From Promethearchaeia archaeon (GTDB lineage Archaea; Asgardarchaeota; Lokiarchaeia; Sigyniarchaeales; SOKP01), in contig JAHQWJ010000009.1 of assembly GCA_029856125.1 (NCBI GenBank), positions 1-64,000 on the forward strand: a stretch of DNA of 64,000 bases, written 5' to 3'. The notes under the pieces are model-generated. The model ran no database searches. It was given only the letters and a program-made list of their open reading frames with translations, and was not told where the DNA came from. Numbering within the stretch: position 1 is the stretch's first letter; the number at the start of each line of letters is the position of its first letter. Made by a program: the position numbers and the translations under genes. Positions 1 to 10,464 of the stretch are shown here, piece by piece.

Positions 1-832
1 TCAAGTCCTCGAATGCTATATGAATTAACGAATCTTTGGTTTTATCTCCTTTCAACTGTATAATGAGGTCTTTTTTAATCTTAATTTTTTTGATATCTTC
101 AAACTTAATATTGAACTCCTTTTCAAATTCTTCCATCTTTCGTTGGTCAAATTCAAAGTTCTCGTAACAAAATAATCCTAAACAAAACTCAATGTTCTGT
201 GAAGGAATAATGCCGAGATCTTGCATACACCTGATGGTATAAATTTGACACGGAGTACCGACCACCGCCAACTTTTTAAACTTCGTACTTCTTATCTGCG
301 GAAGGGAACTTGAATAGGAATGAATCTTCTGGACTTCATCCAATTGTTTTGAAATCCCCAATTTAAGCCCTGAAGCACTCAGCAACTCTTCTTTGTTCTT
401 GGCAAGAAATGGTTCTCTTGAGAACGGAGCATTCGTTTTAGCTACAACTGCTCCATCTATTAACTTCTTTTCAAACATATAATTCAATAAAGAGTTTACA
501 ACTCCTCCATCAGTTCCATGGCGTAAAAAATCGTAATCTACTGCCTGGCACGAATAGAGATCGCATGTATTACCAAGAGGCATCGACGAAAAATCTAACA
601 GATTAAATGTTCTATTAAGTTCGTCGTCTAATACATGAGTTTGTGGGCATAAATAATAACAAATTCCACATTTAAGACAATTGTCCTTGTTCAAAAACAC
701 TGGGGGAGAATTAGGATCCTCGTAACCAATAACATCGTAGTCCATTGAGTTACAAAAACTAACGCATCCACCACATTGTTGGCAAATCCCTTTATTATGG
801 ACTTCTTCTATCAAATCTTCAAAACTTTTCAT
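1..832 (-). CDS. Coenzyme F420 hydrogenase/dehydrogenase beta subunit (FrhB/FdhB family), 3' end runs off the window
   Basis: Not in ORF track. Manual translation from ATG at 832: MKSFEDLIEEVHNKGICQQCGGCVSFC...CLKCGICYYLCP...TDGGVV...VVGTPCQ...LGLFCYENF (two 4Fe-4S motifs plus FrhB motifs); AGGTGTG upstream. Confidence 0.88.
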   Translation of the reverse strand, partial: MKSFEDLIEEVHNKGICQQCGGCVSFCNSMDYDVIGYEDPNSPPVFLNKDNCLKCGICYYLCPQTHVLDDELNRTFNLLDFSSMPLGNTCDLYSCQAVDYDFLRHGTDGGVVNSLLNYMFEKKLIDGAVVAKTNAPFSREPFLAKNKEELLSASGLKLGISKQLDEVQKIHSYSSSLPQIRSTKFKKLAVVGTPCQIYTIRCMQDLGIIPSQNIEFCLGLFCYENFEFDQRKMEEFEKEFNIKFEDIKKIKIKKDLIIQLKGDKTKDSLIHIAFEDL

Positions 833-1182
833 TTTCTTATCACACCTTTTTTGCTATATTTCGATCATGTAATTTATGTTTTCAGACATAAATTTATTGC
901 TTAACACAATTCTGTATATTTCCCTACATCTTCACTATCAGAATACTCAATTAAATAATAGAAACCGAATATAAAAATGTTCGCATTTTGAACAATAAAC
1001 TATCGATACCGGACAAACATGTGATCATTCTCACCCATTTTTCGGGGATTTTTAACAATCGACATTAAGCTAGTAGAAATTAAATCAAATCATAAATGGG
1101 TGTGATTAAAACCGCATGTTTGGAATTTATATATGAAACATTTCTTTCGATATCGCAAAATTTATGATCGAAAAAGAAAAAT

Positions 1183-1220
1183 AAATGATCGATTTGATCA
1201 AATATTAAGATCGATCATTT
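1183..1220. repeat. Perfect 11-bp inverted repeat AAATGATCGAT-N16-ATCGATCATTT overlapping a 12-bp palindrome ATTTGATCAAAT (1192-1203)
   Basis: Read directly; lies in the divergent intergenic region between the frhB-like and SBP genes. Confidence 0.6.
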
Positions 1221-1436
1221 TCTAGTATTGGTAGATTCACATATTTTCTTCTAAATTGAAAAAATTTACAACTTAGGAATAAGCTCCCCAACTCGGGCTT
1301 GGTTAGATTGATCAATAAGATTAATCGCAGAAATAATAAAATTAAAAGAAAAAAGGAGGGTGAGAAAAGTTTATATTGTTACGAGATAAAGTAAAAGTAG
1401 AGATTCGACTCGAAGAGACAAAGTAAATCTAAAAAA

Positions 1437-3140
1437 ATGGATCGTAAAAATGTTATTATAGCGGTATTAGTAGCATTAAATGTAATTGTGGGATTTTTTT
1501 TTCTTCCAAGGATTTATCCAGGTCCACCGCCTAGACCCCCTTTTATCCCCCGTTTCATCACAAGTACTAGTTCTGGTCCAAGTACGCTAGAACTTGTTGA
1601 CGCTTGGGATAGTGCTTCGAACAATGTATTGGAACAAGTTGTCGAGACCTTGTTTTCTTATAATTTTAGTGATCTCAATTTGCCTCGAACAAATCACCTC
1701 GCGTATTCTTATTGGTGGAAGGACAATGTAAATCTTCATATAAAGTTAAGAGAGGGGATTCTATTTCACGATGGCACTCCTTTTGATGCCCAAGCCGCAA
1801 AGTGGAATTTGGATAGATTGAGATACCTTACAAACTGTTCAGGGTCCAATAAAGGTGAAGTAGCTCACACACAGTCCCTATGGATGTTACCTGACGGAAG
1901 AACTCCATTAATGAAAGAAATCACTACAATGGGTGAATATAATATCTCTATTACCCTTAATAGCCCATACGCGCCCCTTTTAAACGCTCTAGCTTACATA
2001 AACGCGGGGATGATTTCTCCTACCGCTCACGCTGCTGATGCGGAACGGTTTATCGATCTTACCACGGGTAAACCTATTGGAACTGGACCTTTCAAATATA
2101 TAAGGTTCATTCCAAATGTAGAATGTCGATTAGAGCGATGGGACGAATATTGGATGGCTCCTGCTAACTTCCCTATTGTAATCTTTGCAATTTATAGCGA
2201 TGCTACAACAGCTCACAACGCTTTTTTGGCTTATGCCATTGATGCGAATCCAATGGCTTCAGATCAAGATCTTATTCAATATGAGACCAATCCAAGCGTT
2301 TCTGTTAAAAAATTTACAGACGATAGCGGCAAACCAAGTTTAGTTTATCAATATATAGCCTTCAATAATGAAAAATATAATCGTACGTGGAGAAAAGCGA
2401 TGTCCTACGCAATAAATTATACTTATATTATAGAAAATCTCCGTATGGGAAATGCCGTCAGAGCTATCTCACCAATTTCTCCAGGATTTGGTTCTTCTTA
2501 CAACAGTTCAGTAAAAGGCGTTGATTATAATCTTACAAAAGCGCGCGAGACTATGATCTCTATGGGATTTGGGAATTTGAGTTGGACTGATGCTCAATGG
2601 ATATCAATCGCAGAGAGCGGACAATCTTTCGCTTCCGTGTTGTACTCATACACTACGGGAAATATATTTAGAGAGGATCTTTATGTTGCATTAAATGATT
2701 GGTTTAAGTTAATTGGTATTGAATTAATTGATGATCCCTGTAGTTGGGTATGTTGGATTGATTGGGGTTCTTGTTGTTGTTTTTGGTATGATTATGATAA
2801 TTGCGGTATTTTCGCAACAGGATGGGCGCCTGATTATTTTGATCCTTACAACATGCTCGAACCGTTATTTAATAATTTATCACGTTCCAACTCTGCTCAA
2901 GTTAACGACCCCACTCTTCAGGTAATGTTGACATTAGCTTTAGAAACTACTGATGACGGCGAAAGAACCAAAATTTATAAAAATATCCAATCATATATTT
3001 CTGAAGTTGGGTTTTTCCACGCTCCCCTTTATCATTCAAAGGTAGTTATTAATCATATGGCAAACATCTATGAAGTACCCTATAATTCGATGGGAGCTCA
3101 GAGAATCTATCCAATGTATCGTGGGTTATTCACAATTTGA
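1437..3140 (+). CDS. ABC transporter substrate-binding protein, family 5 (DppA/OppA-like), N-terminally membrane-anchored
   Basis: LREGILFHDGTPFDA, PIGTGPFK, WAPDYFDP motifs; N-terminal TM followed by a Pro-rich linker. Confidence 0.9.
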   Translation: MDRKNVIIAVLVALNVIVGFFFLPRIYPGPPPRPPFIPRFITSTSSGPSTLELVDAWDSASNNVLEQVVETLFSYNFSDLNLPRTNHLAYSYWWKDNVNLHIKLREGILFHDGTPFDAQAAKWNLDRLRYLTNCSGSNKGEVAHTQSLWMLPDGRTPLMKEITTMGEYNISITLNSPYAPLLNALAYINAGMISPTAHAADAERFIDLTTGKPIGTGPFKYIRFIPNVECRLERWDEYWMAPANFPIVIFAIYSDATTAHNAFLAYAIDANPMASDQDLIQYETNPSVSVKKFTDDSGKPSLVYQYIAFNNEKYNRTWRKAMSYAINYTYIIENLRMGNAVRAISPISPGFGSSYNSSVKGVDYNLTKARETMISMGFGNLSWTDAQWISIAESGQSFASVLYSYTTGNIFREDLYVALNDWFKLIGIELIDDPCSWVCWIDWGSCCCFWYDYDNCGIFATGWAPDYFDPYNMLEPLFNNLSRSNSAQVNDPTLQVMLTLALETTDDGERTKIYKNIQSYISEVGFFHAPLYHSKVVINHMANIYEVPYNSMGAQRIYPMYRGLFTI

Positions 3141-3237
3141 TTCTAATCGAGTTTTAAATTTTCTAAATTAATATCTTTAAAAACATATAAATTAAACATA
3201 AAACTAATGTATTAATTATTAATTACAACATTTCTAG

Positions 3238-3861
3238 ATGAAGACAATGACAATAACATTTAGATATTTCTTTGATACTTTTTTGTTAATGGATTTAGTG
3301 GAAGCCGTTTTCCTCATACTTGTGTATGTGTCGATCTTTCTAGCATCGAAAAATCAGCTACGAGATAAAGAATCTGTAAGGTTACTAAGAAACTCAAGCC
3401 TGATTGGAATCATACTTTCTATTGTTCCTGTAATAGCTCCTGTAGTAGTCTGTACCAATTGCAGTGACTTAGAAATGATAATGGCAGGTTCAATTGCATT
3501 AAGTATTACGACATTGTCGATATTGCCGATGTTAATTTGCTTGGGAATAGGTTTTTTACTGTTCGGAAAACGAAATAGAGAAATATATGGCAACCTTCTC
3601 TTTCTTTCAGGAGTTTTTTGGATATTGGCATTTGTGGGAAATATATCAATATTGGCTAGCCTCTCATTTATGCTTCCGGGAGGAGGATTTAATTTTTTTC
3701 TTTCGTTGTTTGGCATTTTAAATCTTTTTCTATTACCTGCTCTTATTTTACTAATTATCCATGGAGCAAAAATGAAAGATAAGAATTTTATTCTAGCTGG
3801 TGTTTTCTACATACTTTCTTACCTATCGATTTTTATGGCATGGATTCCACTACCACCTTGA
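3238..3861 (+). CDS. Hypothetical multi-pass membrane protein
   Basis: About 6 hydrophobic segments, no recognisable motif. Confidence 0.65.
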   Translation: MKTMTITFRYFFDTFLLMDLVEAVFLILVYVSIFLASKNQLRDKESVRLLRNSSLIGIILSIVPVIAPVVVCTNCSDLEMIMAGSIALSITTLSILPMLICLGIGFLLFGKRNREIYGNLLFLSGVFWILAFVGNISILASLSFMLPGGGFNFFLSLFGILNLFLLPALILLIIHGAKMKDKNFILAGVFYILSYLSIFMAWIPLPP

Positions 3862-3934
3862 TAGTTATGGAACTTAAAAAGCTTAATATTTGAAACGGAA
3901 GAAAAAGAGAATAAGGATAACTGATATAAGAACT

Positions 3935-4282
3935 CTATTTCCTTTTCAACCAAAAATCAAAAGATCTTCCTGGTACAAATATATCAATCCCGGTAGATGG
4001 CTCATCTAGCATGTTTTTTACAACGTGAGTTTCATTTTCTGGGATAAAAACTGAATCACCCTCATATAAGGTTGCTTTTTGTCCTTCTTCATTAATTACC
4101 GAAATTTTGCCTTTTAAAACGACCAAAACTTGGGCATTTGGATGTTGATGAGAAGGAGATGCATGGTTTGGTGGTTTTACAAAATGTTCTACTGAAATAT
4201 CTTTTTCTTTACAAAGACTTACCCGCTTCCAGTTTTTCTCGGGTTCGTAACTTTCAGCGTCGTTAAAATGTATAACATTCAT
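3935..4282 (-). CDS. Cupin domain protein
   Basis: HQHPNAQ...G and IPENETH cupin motifs. Confidence 0.85.
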   Translation of the reverse strand: MNVIHFNDAESYEPEKNWKRVSLCKEKDISVEHFVKPPNHASPSHQHPNAQVLVVLKGKISVINEEGQKATLYEGDSVFIPENETHVVKNMLDEPSTGIDIFVPGRSFDFWLKRK

Positions 4283-4357
4283 AGTTAAATAAGATTATTG
4301 ATGGATTTATCTTTATCTAAAATCATTAAAAAAATAGGAAAATAAAAATAGAAAAAA

Positions 4358-5482
4358 TTAGGATTTATTGAGGAGATTTTGTTTTCTTATGAGTATCTCA
4401 TTATACATTTCTTCAGAATTTTGAGGAGGAATAATTTCCTTTTCTTTTTCTTTTCGAATTAACTGCATAGCTTCTTCTGGGCATACAGTTACACAGTTCC
4501 CACAGCCTATACAGCGCTTCGTTATTACTTTTGCGATGTCATTTTTTATTTTAATAGCGTTCATTTGGCACCTTTCTACACAAGTTCCGCAACCTACACA
4601 TAGTTCACTATCTACTTGGGCGTAGTAATTCGTGTGAAAGAAATCTATCGGACGTGGTAAGTCACTTAATCCCCTTAATACGCCACAACAGCAACCACAG
4701 CAACTACAAATGAAACTTGGTTTGATTGCGTTCCCTGCTTGCAGTATTAATCCATCTTCTTGATTTTTTCTAAGGATATCTAAAGCTTCACTTTTAGTGA
4801 TTTCTCTCCCTCTTCCGATATCAATAGGAAATTGCATATCCTCTCCGAATCCCATACAATTTTCTCGCAAAGAAGTTTGTTTGCATGGATCTCCCTGTAA
4901 ATCGTGATTTTGACGACAGATGCAATTAAAGAGAGCTATTGGACCCTCAATATTTTCGATAATTTTTGCTACTTCTTCGTAAGTTTGGAGATGATGTTCT
5001 GGAGTTACGCTTTTTTCCACTGGAACGGTGCGCATTTGTGGGAACCTAGCACCAATAAAAGCGATATTAAAACCCTCATCCTCAAATTGGTTTATGTCGT
5101 TTATAAATTCTAAAGTTAAGTTGTTTACTTTTGCTTCGTACATACCTACTGCGAAAATATCAGCAGCATACTTTTTTACTCCATCTCTAATAGCATATCT
5201 AATAGAACCCTTTTCTGCTAGGGTATCTAACTTATTCTCTAACTCTTGTTTTGTAAAGTTTAATTCTTTTGCGATTTCATGTATTTCGTTCACGCTCTGT
5301 AATTCCCACTTCAAGTATGTCCCGATTTTTGCCTCTTCTGGCGTGAAAAAATACGTTAAGACTTTCAAATCGATTCCGGATTTTGTAGCGGGAAATCCTA
5401 TCGGTAACTTATCAAGATTTTCCTGTAACTTCCGATATATGTCTGCGTTGGGCACTTCTATCTTATTATCTAGTTCTACCAT
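4358..5482 (-). CDS. 4Fe-4S dicluster protein with N-terminal HTH-like region
   Basis: CICR, CSCCGCCCG, CVGCGTCVERC and CIGCGNCVTVCP motifs. Confidence 0.85.
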   Translation of the reverse strand: MVELDNKIEVPNADIYRKLQENLDKLPIGFPATKSGIDLKVLTYFFTPEEAKIGTYLKWELQSVNEIHEIAKELNFTKQELENKLDTLAEKGSIRYAIRDGVKKYAADIFAVGMYEAKVNNLTLEFINDINQFEDEGFNIAFIGARFPQMRTVPVEKSVTPEHHLQTYEEVAKIIENIEGPIALFNCICRQNHDLQGDPCKQTSLRENCMGFGEDMQFPIDIGRGREITKSEALDILRKNQEDGLILQAGNAIKPSFICSCCGCCCGVLRGLSDLPRPIDFFHTNYYAQVDSELCVGCGTCVERCQMNAIKIKNDIAKVITKRCIGCGNCVTVCPEEAMQLIRKEKEKEIIPPQNSEEMYNEILIRKQNLLNKS

Positions 5483-5664
5483 AATTCAACCCTTTTTTTT
5501 AGATTTCAAGTTATGATTTAAGTAATCTTTCTTTTTAACATTATTCTCAGCTAATGCTAAAAGTATTGCTTAAGATTTAGGTAACTCGGAGTTCAAACAC
5601 CGGTGAAGTTTAAAAACCACTAATTTAGTTAATAACCTAACTTTTAATAGTTTACTTTTAAAAC

Positions 5665-6582
5665 TTACATTAATAATTCAGCAATAGCAATCCCGCTTTC
5701 TCCAGCTACAGAATACAACAGATAGGTCTTATCCTTCTCTTCATAGATGGCGGGATCACGCAATTGACATACCTTTTCATATACGGGTCCTCGCACGGAG
5801 GGAGTTGGTATTAAATTTCCACCTTCCCAGTCTTCCTCGGGATGTAATATTTTCATAGGAGCAGAAGGTTTCCATTTTAACCAATCTTCGGTTAAATCTA
5901 TAATCGAAAGTAAGATACTTTCCGGAGAATCCCCAACTTTGGTCCAAAATACCTGTAACTGGTTACTTAAGATCCTTAAGGCAGAATGGCGCATGTTCAT
6001 AGGAAAAAGTCGTTTTCCCATTTCGAAATGATCCAGACCGTTTAGAGATCGATAAAAAATACCAGGCATGCTCATTCCATAATAATATCCATTATAATGG
6101 AAAATCCGTAGATACGGTGGAGTTATTATCTTTGGTTTAGCTTTGAAGTGAATTCCATCTTTTGAGATAGCAACTCTAGATAATTGACGTACTTTCGATT
6201 CTAATCCATGAAAATACATCCTAATTTCTCTTTTAGCATCTATCACATGTACGTCAGGAGATGCGATATGTGGGACATTTTCATCCAATAAACTAGTTCT
6301 AATTTTGTGAGTAGGAGGATCTGTAGGAAAAAACGATTCTTCAATGTGAAGGCTACCCTTTTTGTAAATTTTCCAAGGTCCTTCCACTTGTTCGGCAAAC
6401 GCTAACCGGATGTAAGTACCTTTATGACCGGCGAAGTAAAGATAATATTTTCCAAGTGGATTTTCTATCCAGTCTGGTACTCGAATTAAAGAAGGACCTG
6501 CAATATTAGTACCTATGCTAGAATCTAATCTTGGAAATATTATTGGATTTCTCTCTAATCTTTTAATCTTGATGTCAGCCAT
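5665..6582 (-). CDS. Glycoside hydrolase-like five-bladed beta-propeller protein (GH43/32/130-like clan)
   Basis: NPII, YYLYF, HIASPDV, LRDPAIY and YLLYSVAGE blade motifs. Confidence 0.7.
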   Translation of the reverse strand: MADIKIKRLERNPIIFPRLDSSIGTNIAGPSLIRVPDWIENPLGKYYLYFAGHKGTYIRLAFAEQVEGPWKIYKKGSLHIEESFFPTDPPTHKIRTSLLDENVPHIASPDVHVIDAKREIRMYFHGLESKVRQLSRVAISKDGIHFKAKPKIITPPYLRIFHYNGYYYGMSMPGIFYRSLNGLDHFEMGKRLFPMNMRHSALRILSNQLQVFWTKVGDSPESILLSIIDLTEDWLKWKPSAPMKILHPEEDWEGGNLIPTPSVRGPVYEKVCQLRDPAIYEEKDKTYLLYSVAGESGIAIAELLM

Positions 6583-6686
6583 TACTATAATATATGTGTT
6601 AAAGCCTATTTTAATTTTCCCGGCTATTTAATAAAACTTTATTCTAAAAATGTCTTAATCCCAAGAATATAGAAAGTGCGAAACAG

Positions 6687-7058
6687 ATGATCGAAGGATT
6701 TAAAGCAGAAAGTGTCAGTCAAGTTAGAAAACCTATTGCTCGTGTATTCCGCATGATCGCAGAAGCAGGCGATAACGATTTACTTGCTTTAGCTGCTGAA
6801 AGGTCTGGTAGTCTTAATAATTGGTTTAAAATTTTAGCAACACCTACCCAAAGGAGAGAGGCTTTGAAAAAAATTAAAGTACCTGTAATGACCGTTGTAG
6901 GATCTACTGAGCTTCTCCTTGGAGACAAGACTTTAGTGGCTCAATTAGTTCCAGATGCGTGCCACTTTCAAATCCAAGGGAAAGATCACTCTACAATGAT
7001 ACCAGATCCTAAATTCCACATGGTTGTTAAAGCATTTCTCGATTTTGTTAATGATTAG
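6687..7058 (+). pseudogene. C-terminal fragment of an alpha/beta hydrolase
   Basis: LKKIKVPVMTVVGS...GKDH C-terminal motifs present; nucleophile-elbow half absent; only about 100 bp to the divergent gene. Confidence 0.6.
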
Positions 7059-7076
7059 TAGAGAGATTAAGTAGTT

Positions 7077-8741
7077 TTAACCAATTTTTCTCAATATTTC
7101 TTTATTGAGATCTGTGCTGTAAGAATTATAGAAATTTGAACTATATTTTTGGAAAAAGTCCTCTTTCTTTGCTAAGATAGATTTAGATTTTTCTGTTTTT
7201 GGTTTACCGCAAGCCCAAAAGATTTTACCTGAACTATTCAAATTAATATTTTCGTGGTCTTTTATTACTTTACCTGATTTTATTACATATTCCATATTTC
7301 CGAGAGCAGATTTGAAAGTTTCATAGTCTTTTGATATATCAGTTTCACTTAAATTCAAGTCTATAATATTGAGGTCACCGTCAGCTCCTAAACCTAAGGC
7401 CCCTTTAACAGATCCTATACCAAGAGATTTAGCAGGACTCGACCGAGTTAGAATAATAAACTCATTAAACGATAAAACATTACTAGTACTACTAATTGAG
7501 TTGTCCTTTAAGAACCCAGCTTCCATATCATTCATATAATGTTCGCGGGCGTTATTACTAATTAACCAACTTGCGATTTCGGGAAGATTTGTTATATCTG
7601 CGTAGTTTGGATAATTAATTGAAAACTGTAGTTGCCATGGAGATATATTTAATGCTAAATCAATCGCGTTCGCCCACATTAAGCAATCTTCTTTCGTTTT
7701 TTTACTGAATTTTCTGAGGGTAGCAAACGAGTCTCCTTCAGATTCTACAGAAGATCTAACTAGTTTGTATGGGTTTGTTGAATTATTTAGCTTGTTTATA
7801 AGATGCCGATCGGAGGTAATTAATGGATTTATTGCGTTAAAACCTATAAATCCCAAATCCATGTCAAATTCTTGATTTTCGTTGTAAAATTTAATCAACT
7901 CTGAGTTATCTCCGTCTATGTTATAACTTGAAGCATGAGCAAGGTGAAATATTTGAGATCGCTTTATTCCAAAATCGTTTTTTGGATTAGGTTTTAATCC
8001 AAGTGATTTCACCTTGTTTAAAGTTGCGAGTAAGTTTTCTTTAGAATATTGGGATTCGTACCCTTCAATATGAGCGTGAATAGAATGAGGCAACCCTAAG
8101 TGCTCAACAAATCTAGCAAGTTTTTCATACACATCCATAGGGGCGAAGTTGAATAGCCTTCCTTTTTCGGTTAGGTTTTTCCTAACTACTTTCCAATTCC
8201 AATACTCCGCTTCGAAAGGATTGTAGGCTTTCAAACCAAAACCTTTAACTTTCTCCAATAGATTTGATAAAAAAACAGCACCTTCTTCAACCAGCTCTTT
8301 CTGGAACTCAAGCTCTAGTGACCATAAATTGCTGGTATTTAATAAGAATGCCTTATCTAATACAGGTAATCGTTGTAAATCAAAAATAGTCTGTTTTGTT
8401 AGCGATGGGAAGACATTAGCTTCAAGGATAAAAGTATATCCGTTAGAAACATAATCTTTAGCGATAGAATTTAAAGTCAAGCCGTTCCAAAGGTTCTGGA
8501 AATCTTGGTTGTTAGAACCTAATAATCGAACCCAATTAAGTTGCTGGGAGGCTACATGAGCGTGAATCTCTAGAGCCGCTGGAATAACTGTTTTCCCTTT
8601 CGCGTCTATTTCTTTAACATCGCTACTGCTTACGAATTTATCTACGACCTTGCCGTCTTCAATTAAAATATCCTTTTTTTCGCCTTCAATGCTATTAAAG
8701 GGATCAAAAACAAAACCGTTTTTTACATGAAGTTTTGTCAT
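7077..8741 (-). CDS. fwdA: Formylmethanofuran dehydrogenase subunit A-like amidohydrolase (divergent)
   Basis: KNGFVFDP, IHAH, GYT, GLKAYNP, LGLPHSIHAH, PAKSLG motifs; TDHPN is replaced by INYPN. Confidence 0.85.
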   Translation of the reverse strand: MTKLHVKNGFVFDPFNSIEGEKKDILIEDGKVVDKFVSSSDVKEIDAKGKTVIPAALEIHAHVASQQLNWVRLLGSNNQDFQNLWNGLTLNSIAKDYVSNGYTFILEANVFPSLTKQTIFDLQRLPVLDKAFLLNTSNLWSLELEFQKELVEEGAVFLSNLLEKVKGFGLKAYNPFEAEYWNWKVVRKNLTEKGRLFNFAPMDVYEKLARFVEHLGLPHSIHAHIEGYESQYSKENLLATLNKVKSLGLKPNPKNDFGIKRSQIFHLAHASSYNIDGDNSELIKFYNENQEFDMDLGFIGFNAINPLITSDRHLINKLNNSTNPYKLVRSSVESEGDSFATLRKFSKKTKEDCLMWANAIDLALNISPWQLQFSINYPNYADITNLPEIASWLISNNAREHYMNDMEAGFLKDNSISSTSNVLSFNEFIILTRSSPAKSLGIGSVKGALGLGADGDLNIIDLNLSETDISKDYETFKSALGNMEYVIKSGKVIKDHENINLNSSGKIFWACGKPKTEKSKSILAKKEDFFQKYSSNFYNSYSTDLNKEILRKIG

Positions 8742-8742
8742 A

Positions 8743-9120
8743 TTATTTGTTCACCAAGAGTTCTTGTATTATTTCTTTAAATTTCATTATTGGCTCGCGT
8801 GTAGCTTCCATATTCACAATGATGTTTTTATAGAGAAGATCATTATTTTGAACTACTGATAATCGATTTGACCATATAGAAACGGGCATTAAAACCATTC
8901 CTTCAGGAATGTTATCATCTTTTTCAACTTTAACTATAACATGCTTCTCCTTGTTCGATATTTTTAAGTGTAGGCTTGAAACGAGATTTAATTTTTCAAA
9001 ATCTTTAGGGTTAATAAAACAAATAGCTAATTTCTCTTCTAAGGATTCTTCAGTCCCAAAGGCATGTTCTTTTACTTGATCGTTATCGATTCTTCTAATC
9101 GAGTTTAATATAAATTCCAT
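8743..9120 (-). CDS. fwdD: FwdD-like molybdopterin dinucleotide-binding subunit (divergent)
   Basis: INPKD...GMVLMPVSIWSN; sits between fwdB and fwdA with 1-bp gaps. Confidence 0.8.
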   Translation of the reverse strand: MEFILNSIRRIDNDQVKEHAFGTEESLEEKLAICFINPKDFEKLNLVSSLHLKISNKEKHVIVKVEKDDNIPEGMVLMPVSIWSNRLSVVQNNDLLYKNIIVNMEATREPIMKFKEIIQELLVNK

Positions 9121-9121
9121 G

Positions 9122-10429
9122 TTATTCCGACCTCCCTTGATTTAATAATCCATACAATTGATTGAGTAATTCCTCGTCTGAAGGAAGGTTATTAGGTGGA
9201 TTTATTATTTTATTTAACTCAATGGGTACTTGATCTAGGCGATATGCTAATCCACCGCTTTCAATTCCCGTTATTGTTGTTGGTAACACTACCTCTGCTA
9301 TTTGTGAAGTAGCTGTGTTATGGTTATCAATAAGAATTAGTGGTTTTTTTGCCATTTTTGAGCTTAGAACATGAGGTAAATGAGAAATGGGATCAGTTCC
9401 AACGATAATGGAACAATCGAAATCCTCTTTTTCAATTTTTGAGGCGAATCCTTCTTCTGTTTTTATGTTTTGATTGCCTTTAAATTCTAAATGACCCGAT
9501 ATTCCATAAGCAGAAAGCGCTACATGGTCGAAGCCTGCCATGTTAAAATGACCTCCTAATAGCATTAAAGAAATTCGACCTTTTTCTTGTCTTTCATTTA
9601 TCAGTTGTAACAAATCTAATAGTTCTTCTACTAAATCATAATCAGAATGGGGCTGAATAACACCCTGACCTAGAATAATCACTCCATTTTCTGCACCAGT
9701 AAGATGGAGTAATAAGCGTTTAAGATCGCTTTGATCTATTCCTGCTACTCCTTCAGAAGGTATGCTATCTGCAGAACAGCACTCTTCTTTTAGCATTCGT
9801 ATAAGTTCAATATCCTTATTTGGTTCAACCATCAATGCTAGGTCTCTGACGCCCATGACTCCAAAGGAGGCTGTCTTTACAGGATCGATTATTGCTAATG
9901 TTTTAATTTCTCTTCCAGTCATACGAAATTTACCCCGAGAAAAGAGAAGTTTATTTAGTAATCGAGGAATCGTCTCTGCGGGATTAGCCCCCCATAGAAT
10001 TATCAAATCCCCTTTGTTAATGACTTCAGTAATGGTCGTAAAATTTATTCCTAAGCTTTTTGCTTTGTTCAAAAACTTCCCCTGACAAATTGAAGCATTT
10101 GAGTCTATGAAACCATTGATCTCTCTTGCTAGTTTTATGCCTGCTTCTTGAGCTTCGCATGTTACATTTGAAAATCCATAAAGAACAGGTTTATTAGATT
10201 TTTTTATAATTTCTACAACTGAATTCATTGCTTCATCCCAAGATACCTCAATCAATTCACCGTCTTTTCTAATCAATGGGCTAGTAATCCTATTTTTAGC
10301 ACTCACTTGATCAAACCTTTCTTTTCCCTTTAAACAAGCCCCTATAACTTCACTAATAAACATTCCATCGCTTTGAACGATGATATCGTCGCATAGGAGC
10401 GAACAACCGGAACAAGTAAATCTTTTCAT
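9122..10429 (-). CDS. fwdB: FwdB-like subunit (divergent)
   Basis: CSGCSLLCDDI...C 4Fe-4S motif, ICQG, WGANP, GHFN, GIESGGLAYRLDQVPI. Confidence 0.87.
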   Translation of the reverse strand: MKRFTCSGCSLLCDDIIVQSDGMFISEVIGACLKGKERFDQVSAKNRITSPLIRKDGELIEVSWDEAMNSVVEIIKKSNKPVLYGFSNVTCEAQEAGIKLAREINGFIDSNASICQGKFLNKAKSLGINFTTITEVINKGDLIILWGANPAETIPRLLNKLLFSRGKFRMTGREIKTLAIIDPVKTASFGVMGVRDLALMVEPNKDIELIRMLKEECCSADSIPSEGVAGIDQSDLKRLLLHLTGAENGVIILGQGVIQPHSDYDLVEELLDLLQLINERQEKGRISLMLLGGHFNMAGFDHVALSAYGISGHLEFKGNQNIKTEEGFASKIEKEDFDCSIIVGTDPISHLPHVLSSKMAKKPLILIDNHNTATSQIAEVVLPTTITGIESGGLAYRLDQVPIELNKIINPPNNLPSDEELLNQLYGLLNQGRSE

Positions 10430-10464
10430 AATAAATTCCTCAATAAATTTAAGTAAATCCCTAA

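Noticed and set aside
5575-5612. GTTCAAA T-loop-like sequence suggesting a tRNA
   Set aside because: The flanking stem does not pair properly and no cloverleaf or acceptor stem can be built
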